Positions 29,553 to 37,184 of a stretch of 64,000 bases of DNA are shown piece by piece (positions within the stretch are counted from its first letter, which is position 1; the number at the start of each line of letters is the position of its first letter). The notes beneath the pieces were generated by a model. That model was not told the origin of the DNA. It saw nothing but the letters and a program-made list of their open reading frames with translations, and did no database searches. The translations under genes were made by a program, and so were the position numbers. The DNA is from Deltaproteobacteria bacterium (lineage in GTDB: Bacteria; Myxococcota_A; UBA9160; SMWR01): assembly GCA_032128375.1 (NCBI GenBank), contig JAQBGU010000063.1:1-64000 (forward strand), given 5' to 3'.

Positions 29553-29624
29553 TCAAACCTCGGCTCGGAACCCGGACAGCCGGCTCAGCATCTCTTCCAT
29601 CTCGTTGTGGGAAAACGCAGACAT
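29553..29624 (-). pseudogene. 23-aa ORF, possible truncated start of an NTF2-like (Rv0762c-type) gene
   Basis: AGGAG RBS and ATG a few nt after the cyp51 stop; MSAFSHNEMEEMLSRLSGFRAEV*. Confidence 0.35.
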
Positions 29625-29628
29625 TCTG

Positions 29629-31293
29629 TTACTCCTGGCTCTCGAGGTTCGCTTCCCCAACGGCGATGGAAAGAGCTCGGCTCGGGCAATGGCGGACGGC
29701 GTTCTCCACACTTGCGCGCAGAGACGCGGCCGGGTTTTCGGACCGAACAACGACTTTGTTCTGCTTCTTGTCGATTCCAAACACCTCGGGAGATTCGCTG
29801 ACACAAACCGCGTGCCCCTGGCACAGATCGAGATCAACTAGGATGCGGAATGCGCCGGCGGCTTGCTCGGCGCCTGCCGCCGACTCTGCGGCGACCGCGG
29901 TCGCAGTCGCCGCCGGGCTTCGACGCCGATAGCGCGCCCGACACGGCTGGGCGAGTTGCACGACCATTTTCGAGTGATCGTTGCGGTAGCTGTCTGCCGG
30001 CTGCGTGAGTTCGAACTCGAACGCTCTGAGCAGATCGCTGAAGATCGCCTTCAGCTGCATCATCGCGAATGCCGACCCGACGCAGCGATGGCGACCGGCG
30101 CCGAACGGAATCCACGCGAACGGCTGCCGATCCTCCTCGCGCCCATCCTCATAGCGGCTCGGATCGAAGCGGTCGGGCTCTGGGAAACACTCCGGCATCC
30201 GATTCGACACGGCGGGAGAAACCCCGACGAGCTTGCCCGCCGGCACCGTCCAACCCTTGTAGTGAAAGTCGTACATCACCTTCCGCATCAAAATGATCAG
30301 CGGCGGATGCAGCCGAAGCGCCTCCTGGATCGAGTGCTCGAGCTTCGGGATCTCGCGAAGCGCTTGATAGCTGACGTCTCGACCATCCGCGTAGATCTCG
30401 TCGAGTTCACCGACCACGCAGCTCATCACGTCGGGATTTTTCAACAGCTCGATCAGCGTCCAAGCGGCCGTTCCCGATGTGGTGTGATGTCCGGCGAACA
30501 TCATCGAAATGAACATCCCCGTGATCTGGTCGATCGTGTAGCGCGGCTCTCCGTTTTCGTCCTTGATGGTCAACAGAATGTCGAACAGCTCTCGACGAAT
30601 ACGGGGGTCCGCGCGCCGTTTCTCGAAAACACCGTCGAGCAGCTCTACCAGCTGGCGACGCGCCTTGTCCCGTGCCCAGAATGCCGGGATGGGTAAGTTG
30701 GGATTCACGTAGGCGATCGCGTCGGTGCCCTTCTCGAGTTCGTAAAAGGTCTGGAAATACTCCGCTGTCAGCTCCTCGCGGAACTCCTTGCCAATCAAGC
30801 AAGCGCTCGAGGTGTATATCGTCAGCTCGGCGAAGAAGTCGAGCAGATCGATCTCTCCCTGGTCATCGAGCGTCGCGATCATCCGCCGCACTTCCGACGC
30901 GATGGTCTCCGCGTGTGCCTGCATGAACTTCGCCGTCAACGACTGGTTGCGGAGCGCTTGTTTGCGTTGTTCCGGCGTGCCATCGAACACGACGCCCTCG
31001 CCGAAGACAGGCGTCATGAACGGGTATGCGGCCGCCTGGTCGAGTTGCTCGTCCGTGCCGCGGAAGAACGCCTCTTGTGCTTCCTCGCCCATCATCATGA
31101 CGACACGATTGCCGGCGAAGTTGATCTCGCCGATCTCGCCGAGTTCGTCGCGTACCCGTTGAAAGAGTTCGATTGGCTTTTTGCGGAGTTCGAGCAGATG
31201 GCCGAGCAGCGGCCATGCCCCCGACAGGACCGGCACGGGGCTGCCACCCCGATGTTCGCTTCTCACGGAATCGACTGCGACCGCCGTACTCAT
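29629..31293 (-). CDS. cyp51: Sterol 14-alpha-demethylase CYP51 fused to a [3Fe-4S] ferredoxin
   Basis: AYPFMTPVFGEGVVFD, MMFAGHHT, EALR, FGAGRHRCVG, YRNDHSKMVV; Ala-rich linker; CQGHAVC..CP ferredoxin. Confidence 0.92.
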   Translation of the reverse strand: MSTAVAVDSVRSEHRGGSPVPVLSGAWPLLGHLLELRKKPIELFQRVRDELGEIGEINFAGNRVVMMMGEEAQEAFFRGTDEQLDQAAAYPFMTPVFGEGVVFDGTPEQRKQALRNQSLTAKFMQAHAETIASEVRRMIATLDDQGEIDLLDFFAELTIYTSSACLIGKEFREELTAEYFQTFYELEKGTDAIAYVNPNLPIPAFWARDKARRQLVELLDGVFEKRRADPRIRRELFDILLTIKDENGEPRYTIDQITGMFISMMFAGHHTTSGTAAWTLIELLKNPDVMSCVVGELDEIYADGRDVSYQALREIPKLEHSIQEALRLHPPLIILMRKVMYDFHYKGWTVPAGKLVGVSPAVSNRMPECFPEPDRFDPSRYEDGREEDRQPFAWIPFGAGRHRCVGSAFAMMQLKAIFSDLLRAFEFELTQPADSYRNDHSKMVVQLAQPCRARYRRRSPAATATAVAAESAAGAEQAAGAFRILVDLDLCQGHAVCVSESPEVFGIDKKQNKVVVRSENPAASLRASVENAVRHCPSRALSIAVGEANLESQE

Positions 31294-31336
31294 ATCGTGC
31301 CGCCCGCGGATCGAGCGAAATGCCGGTTTGGGCTGA

Positions 31337-31996
31337 TCATGATTCCTCCGTCTGTCGTCGCCGGCGAAGCTCGCGGGCAAGCGTTTCCTTCAGAAATCCC
31401 AGCTCCATTCGCCGCTGCGACGGAGTGGGTCCCTCCAGTTTTTTCATGGCTGCGAGACCCGACATGACCGAGATCGCGTAGTACTGGACGGCGATTGTTC
31501 TGCGCGGTGGCAAGCCCGCTTCGCCGAAAAAGCGAGCCCAGAGGTTTCCCCACACCTTGAGAGTCGCGTCCCGCAGCGGGTGATCTGGCGAAGACCAATC
31601 GACCGGCGGGATATTGAGCAGAATTTCGAACGTGCATCTGTATTGGTCACTTCCGAAATGCTTCCATGCCGCGTCGATGAAGAGAGCCACCCGCTCATCG
31701 AGTGACGTTTCGTCAACGGAAATGCCTGATAGTCCGGCCGCAAACTGGTTGAACGAGTCGACGAGAACCGCAGCCAGGATGCCGTCCTTGTCTCCAAAGT
31801 GGTGCTGGGCTGCCCCCCAGCTGACGCCGGACCGGCGGCTGATCTCCGCAGCTGTGGCTCGCTGAAAGCCGACCTGCATGATGGCCTCGACGACCGCTGC
31901 CTTGATCAGACGCTGCGTCTCGGCCGTGCGTTCGGCGTGACTCCGCCTTTCCCGGTGGGGCTTGGGGATTTCCAGTTGCTCGCTCATGGCCTGCAT
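31337..31996 (-). CDS. TetR/AcrR family transcriptional regulator
   Basis: GFQRATAAEISRRSGVSWGAAQHHFGDKDGIL helix-turn-helix. Confidence 0.92.
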   Translation of the reverse strand: MQAMSEQLEIPKPHRERRSHAERTAETQRLIKAAVVEAIMQVGFQRATAAEISRRSGVSWGAAQHHFGDKDGILAAVLVDSFNQFAAGLSGISVDETSLDERVALFIDAAWKHFGSDQYRCTFEILLNIPPVDWSSPDHPLRDATLKVWGNLWARFFGEAGLPPRRTIAVQYYAISVMSGLAAMKKLEGPTPSQRRMELGFLKETLARELRRRRQTEES

Positions 31997-32065
31997 GATC
32001 TCCCTTGCCCGTCGAGTATGCACCCGTTGCGGGCTGAACATCCTGCTGCAGATTCCGCAGTAATA

Positions 32066-32095
32066 CAATTTGCAATTCAATTGAATTATATATTG
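32066..32095. promoter_or_regulatory. AT-rich palindrome, putative TetR operator
   Basis: Perfect 14-bp palindrome AATTCAATTGAATT (32074-32087) flanked by CAAT..ATTG, in the divergent intergenic region upstream of tetR. Confidence 0.6.
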
Positions 32096-32169
32096 CCAAC
32101 ACCCGCTCCGCGATAGCCACGGGCGAGCTGCACGAACGTGCCGTTGTACACTGAGAATGGGAGCGAAGC

Positions 32170-32898
32170 GTGCACGACCCGAGACCGACACCCGAAGCGA
32201 TACGCCGCGTCGCGATCCTTGCGCCAATGAGAAGCGAGCTCAGGCCACTCGTGAAGCTATTCAGCCTCACCCGGTCACGGGGGCGGGAAGGTCTTCTCCG
32301 GGGAGCTGCCGGCGGCATCGAGGTGGTCGCAACGCTCACCGGCATGGGTATGCGATCGGGAGCGCAGGCTGCCGAGCGCATTCTACATGCGACGTCGCCC
32401 GACCATCTGATCGTCGTCGGCATCGCCGGAGGAATCGGCGGGAACGTCGCCATCAACGACTTGATCGTCCCGGAACTCGTGTTGAATCTGGAGACGGGCG
32501 AGAAGTTTCAGCCCACTCCTCTGGGTGTCGCGCGACAGCGCGGAACTCTTGCCTCGTCCGACGCGCTGCTCGAGGCGCCCGCTCAGGCCAGGAAGCTGAA
32601 TGATCAAGGGGTGATCGCGATCGATATGGAGACCGCCGCCATTGCTGCCGTCTGCGAACGACGTGGCTACCCGTGGTCGGTGTTTCGAGCGATCAGCGAT
32701 CGGGCCGATGACGGAAGCACGGATGCGGCGGTACTCGGCCTCGCCGACTCCGAAGGCAACCCGAACCTGGCAGCGGTGGCCCGCTTCGTGCTGACGCGAC
32801 CTCAGCGCATTCCACAACTGGTGCGCCTCGCGCGCGGCGCGAATGCGGCCACCCGGACGGCCGCCCTCGCCGCGTTCGATGCTCTGCATCGCGATTGA
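32170..32898 (+). CDS. Nucleoside phosphorylase / MTA-SAH nucleosidase family protein (HpnG-like C-terminus)
   Basis: TGMG, VGIAGG, AIDMETAAIA, FRAISD. Confidence 0.8.
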   Translation: MHDPRPTPEAIRRVAILAPMRSELRPLVKLFSLTRSRGREGLLRGAAGGIEVVATLTGMGMRSGAQAAERILHATSPDHLIVVGIAGGIGGNVAINDLIVPELVLNLETGEKFQPTPLGVARQRGTLASSDALLEAPAQARKLNDQGVIAIDMETAAIAAVCERRGYPWSVFRAISDRADDGSTDAAVLGLADSEGNPNLAAVARFVLTRPQRIPQLVRLARGANAATRTAALAAFDALHRD

Positions 32899-33048
32899 CC
32901 GACTATGTCGGCTCCGAAGCCTGGGTCGCCCCTCGGCGCCGACCGTGCCCGAATCCGTCGTCTGCGCGGTGACATGGCGATGCCGATCATGCCTGGATGT
33001 CGATCTCGCGCGCGCCACGGTCAAGCCTGGTAGCGTCTGAATCCAACC

Positions 33049-33501
33049 ATGGACTACTTCGACCCCACCTCCTACGCGTACTGGAAGACAGTTGGAGTCG
33101 CGGTGCTGTGCGGCGGCATCGTCGGTCTCGAACGGCAACTTCGCGGCAAGCCGGCGGGCGTTCGCACCAGCATCCTGATTTGTTTGAGCACAGCTGTATT
33201 CATCAATCTCGGCGCGGCGCTCACGGGTGAGCGCGCGGATCCGACTCGCGTACTCGGAGCGCTCGTGACCGGAGTCGGGTTCCTGGGTGCGGGAGTCATG
33301 TTCTCGCGCGAGGGCGTGGTTGTTGGTGTAACGACGGCGGCCGTGATCTGGATACTCGCCGCGATCGGCGTCGCGACAGGGCTCGGACGCTTCCACGGCG
33401 CGATCGCATTGTCTCTCACCACGGTCGCGGTTCTTGTCGGTATCGAGCTGCTCGAGTCCAGTGTCAAGTGGCTCGCCCGCGGCGTGCACCGGAGGACGTA
33501 A
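33049..33501 (+). CDS. MgtC/SapB family membrane protein
   Basis: GLERQLRGKPAGVRT, DPTRV, GVGFLGAG, TTAAVIW. Confidence 0.93.
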   Translation: MDYFDPTSYAYWKTVGVAVLCGGIVGLERQLRGKPAGVRTSILICLSTAVFINLGAALTGERADPTRVLGALVTGVGFLGAGVMFSREGVVVGVTTAAVIWILAAIGVATGLGRFHGAIALSLTTVAVLVGIELLESSVKWLARGVHRRT

Positions 33502-33614
33502 GCTCAGGCGCGCACTGTCACTTGGAACACTGAGATGGAACCAGCGCGGCAGCCTTTTGCCGTGTGCGCCCGACGCGGACACTGGATAGCCTGCGCGCTC
33601 CCAATCAATCGGAC

Positions 33615-34683
33615 ATGAAATCCATGCGCATCATCAACAGCCCGACGATTCCCCTCGTTCTGCTTTGCTGTGCCTTCATCGGCGCGAACACGTGCCCGCC
33701 ACGGCGCAGTCCGTCGACCGTGCCGCGCTACGCCAGACCGCCAAGGCAATCTTCCAAACTCTCCCCGACGAGGCCGCAAACCCGGCGAATCCCACGAGCG
33801 ACGCCAAGATCGCGCTCGGCCGAATGCTCTACTACGAAACGCGCCTGTCGAAGAATCACGATATCTCGTGTAATAGCTGCCACGGCCTGTCCAGCTGGGG
33901 CGTAGACGGCGAGCCCACATCCCCGGGCATCGCGGCCAGCGCGGCGGCCGGAATTCTCCCAGCGTCTACAACGCGGCATTCCATGTGGCCCAATTTTGGG
34001 ACGGCCGAGCTGCGGACGTCGAAGCGCAGGCCGGCGGGCCGATCCTCAATCCCATCGAGATGGCCATGCCCGACGAAGCCAGCGTCCTCGCCGTGATCGG
34101 GTCGATTCCCGATTATCCGCCGTTGTTCGCCGCCGCTTTTCCGGACGACGCCGACCCCGTCAGCTATGCCAACCTCGCACGCGCTATCGCCGCCTTCGAG
34201 CGCCGGCTCGTCACGCAGGGACGATTCGACCAGTTCCTCAACGGCGACGATGCGGCCCTGACGGATGCTGAAATGCAAGGCCTCCAGACCTTTGTGTCCA
34301 CCGGATGCATCACCTGCCACATGGGGCCGACGATCGGTGGCTCGATGTACCAGAAGCTCGGACTCGTCGAGCCCTACCCCACCAAGGACAATGGCCGCGA
34401 AGACGCGACCGGCAACACCGCCGACCGCGGCTTTTTCAAGGTCCCGTCGCTGAGAAACATCGCGGAGACCAGTCCCTATTTCCACGACGGTTCGATAGCG
34501 ACATTGGATGACGCCATCCGCCCGATGGCCAAACACCAGCTCGGAAAGACCCTGGACGCTGCGGAGGTGAGTGCCATCCGAAATTTCCTGCTTGCGCTCA
34601 CTGGCGACGTCGATGCCAATTACATCGCCATGCCCGTGCTGCCCCCGAGCGGGCCGACCACACCCGCGCCCGATCCGAACTAG
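33615..34683 (+). CDS. Di-haem cytochrome c peroxidase (CcpA/MauG family), split by two -1 frameshifts (about 33700 and 33926)
   Basis: [54 protein letters not shown], distributed over three frames. Confidence 0.85.
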
Positions 34684-34750
34684 GAGTCCGACCCAAGATG
34701 GGTCGGACGACGCGGCGGAAGCCTTCGCCGCGCAGCGGCGAACGCGCAAC
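34684..34750 (+). repeat. 67-bp double-hairpin REP-like element, copy 2
   Basis: Stems GTCCGACCC/GGGTCGGAC and TTCGCCGC/GCGGCGAA; starts immediately after the peroxidase stop. Confidence 0.85.
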
Positions 34751-34842
34751 GAACTGCCGATTCGACGGGCGACGCCGCCGTGCGGAAATCACCGCCCGGT
34801 CGATCGGCGAAGCCTCAAGGGAATTTGGCCCTCGTCCGATTC

Positions 34843-35727
34843 ATGGACATGCGAGGTCGTATTCGCGCACTCCAGAGCGCCTTGTGGAAGCTCCCGCCGG
34901 TGGAGGCGTTTCGCAACCGGAAGCGAGCCGGACGAGAAGCGATCGACTTCGCGCAGGCGCCCCCAGGTGAGATACCCATTCTCGTCTACCAGATGACGAA
35001 CGTGGGATCCTTGACTGTGGTCCGGACACTCGAGTCCATTCGGCTCGATCGAACCGTGCACCACGTACACCACATGACGGCCCCGAAGACCCGGACCGGA
35101 ATTCGTCGCCATCTACCGGTCGGAATTGGGCTTCCGTACGATTCATTGCTCGGTCACGCGCTCGGCGACAAGATTCGGCAAGCCGACTCCCCTCAGATCC
35201 CGGTCATCACGCTGGTCCGCGACCCGATCGCGCGAGAACTCTCCGAATGCGTCCAGGCCGTCGTCGCAGACCCGAGCCTGCGGGGTGACGCTGGGCTCGA
35301 CGCCGATCGGGTGCTGCAATACCTGGAGCGACGCTTTCGTCTCGAGAGTGTATGTCAAGGAGCGAAAGCCTGGTTCGATCAGGAAGTCAAGCAGATGCTC
35401 GGTATCGACGTATTTGCCTTGCCGTTCCCGAAGCAGGCCGGGTATGCGATGTATCAATCGAGGCGGGCTCGCGTTCTACTGCTGCGCATGGAAGACTTCG
35501 ATCGAGTGCTCGGACCGGCACTCGCCGAGTTTCTCGACCTGCACGAGGTACCCAAAATCGTTCCGGCGACCGCCCCGGATTGCGACGAATACAACAGCGT
35601 AGTGGAGAAATTCCGTCTTCCCCGGGCCGAGGTCGAGCGCGTCTACGCAGACCGCCTCACGCGGCACTTCTACCCAGCCGAGACCATCGAACGCTTCACC
35701 GAACGCTGGACGCGCCCGATTCCCTGA
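34843..35727 (+). CDS. Putative capsular polysaccharide synthesis / sulfotransferase-like protein (NKWYS-type)
   Basis: LVYQMTNVGS, VITLVRDPIAR, WFDQEVKQMLGIDVF, LLLRME. Confidence 0.7.
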   Translation: MDMRGRIRALQSALWKLPPVEAFRNRKRAGREAIDFAQAPPGEIPILVYQMTNVGSLTVVRTLESIRLDRTVHHVHHMTAPKTRTGIRRHLPVGIGLPYDSLLGHALGDKIRQADSPQIPVITLVRDPIARELSECVQAVVADPSLRGDAGLDADRVLQYLERRFRLESVCQGAKAWFDQEVKQMLGIDVFALPFPKQAGYAMYQSRRARVLLLRMEDFDRVLGPALAEFLDLHEVPKIVPATAPDCDEYNSVVEKFRLPRAEVERVYADRLTRHFYPAETIERFTERWTRPIP

Positions 35728-35749
35728 GTTCGCACACTGCCCTGCCCCC

Positions 35750-36592
35750 TCAATCTTCGTCGTGTGCTTCCTTGACGCGGTAGTCGCCGAACGGCTCGTC
35801 TCGTTGCTGTAGCGCTTGCTTCAGACCCTGCTTGCGCGTATTCGCCATGAACTCGTGCATGCTCTTCTGGTGTGTACCGAGCGCGCACAATTCGGAGCCC
35901 AAGCGGATTCCAGTGTGCAGTCCCATGATTTCCATCTGCCGGTGGACGACACGCTTGTTCAATTGGACCAGATCGGGTGGTACTCCAACCACGCGCTTGG
36001 CGACCTCGAGAACCTTCTGTTCCAGTTGATCGGCCGGATACGACGCGTTCGCCCACCCCAACGCGGCTGCTTCGATACCGGAAATCGAATCGCCGGTAAT
36101 CATCATCTCCATCGCCTTGCGCATACCCACGAACCAGGCGTGAAAGTGATTGTCCGGAACCCCAAATCGGACTGCCGGATACCCCATTTCCGCATCGTCG
36201 GCCATGTAAACCAAGTCGCAGCAGGTGGCGAGTTCGCTGCCACCGGCGAGGCAGTAGCCGTGCACTTGTGCGATCACCGGCTTGCCGAGTTCCCAGATGC
36301 TCATCCATCCTTGCGTGACGCGTCGCGGCCAATGGCCATCACCACCTGGCGTATACCACGGATATTCCTGGCCCTCGTTACCAGCACCCAGCTCGTAGCC
36401 GGATGAGAAGCATTTCCCAGCTCCGCGAACGATCATCACGCGGACCTCGGGATCCGCGTCTGCGGCTTTCAGCTCCTCGATGATGCCACCGCGTAGCGCG
36501 TGGTTCAGCGCATTGCGTTTTTCGGGCCGGTTCAATGTAATCCGACGAACTCCGGGAGCCGGATCGTCGACCAGGACGACTTTCGAACTCAC
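35750..36592 (-). CDS. Enoyl-CoA hydratase/isomerase (crotonase) family protein
   Basis: ITLNRPEKRNAL, FSSGYEL, KPVIAQVHGYCLAGG. Confidence 0.93.
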   Translation of the reverse strand: MSSKVVLVDDPAPGVRRITLNRPEKRNALNHALRGGIIEELKAADADPEVRVMIVRGAGKCFSSGYELGAGNEGQEYPWYTPGGDGHWPRRVTQGWMSIWELGKPVIAQVHGYCLAGGSELATCCDLVYMADDAEMGYPAVRFGVPDNHFHAWFVGMRKAMEMMITGDSISGIEAAALGWANASYPADQLEQKVLEVAKRVVGVPPDLVQLNKRVVHRQMEIMGLHTGIRLGSELCALGTHQKSMHEFMANTRKQGLKQALQQRDEPFGDYRVKEAHDED

Positions 36593-36771
36593 TGGGTTTC
36601 CTCCAGGGCGTGTCGATAAAAGTAGGGGACGCCGACGGTAGCAGCGAACTCGGCGGAATCGGCGACTCGGTAGCGCAGCCAGCCCAAAACTGCGGCGTTG
36701 CCGGCTTGTCGGTTCGGCGTGCTAAATACAACCCAGAACGGATGGCGGACAGCAGACTCAGGGGGAATTCG

Positions 36772-37164
36772 ATGCAAAGAATCGTGCGAATCGCAGCCGC
36801 CGTTCCCGGTGTGCTCATGCTCATCACGGGTCTCCAGTGGCTACTGAGACCCGAGTCGGCCGCGCAAGGGTTGGGTATGCCACTACTCGAAGGGGTGGCC
36901 CGCAGTACGCAGATCGGAGATCTGGGCGCATTCTTCTTCGCCACCGCCGCGATGATCCTGCTGGGCGCAATCCAGGCCAACGCCCAATGGCTCTGCGCTG
37001 CGGCCATGCTGCTCGGTGGCGCGGCGTTGATGCGAACCGCCTCGTGGATGCTCCACGGTGCAGCATTCGCGACCCGGTTCGTCGTGGCCGAAGTGGTGAT
37101 GACCGCGATCCTGCTCGTCTGCGCATCGAAAATCGATCCGGATCCAGACGTCGCGCACCGTTAG
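36772..37164 (+). CDS. Small membrane protein with about four TM segments (DUF4345-like)
   Basis: Hydrophobic segments; PESAAQGLGM..STQIGDLGAFF. Confidence 0.7.
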   Translation: MQRIVRIAAAVPGVLMLITGLQWLLRPESAAQGLGMPLLEGVARSTQIGDLGAFFFATAAMILLGAIQANAQWLCAAAMLLGGAALMRTASWMLHGAAFATRFVVAEVVMTAILLVCASKIDPDPDVAHR

Positions 37165-37184
37165 TTCGGTCCGATCGTGCCGGG

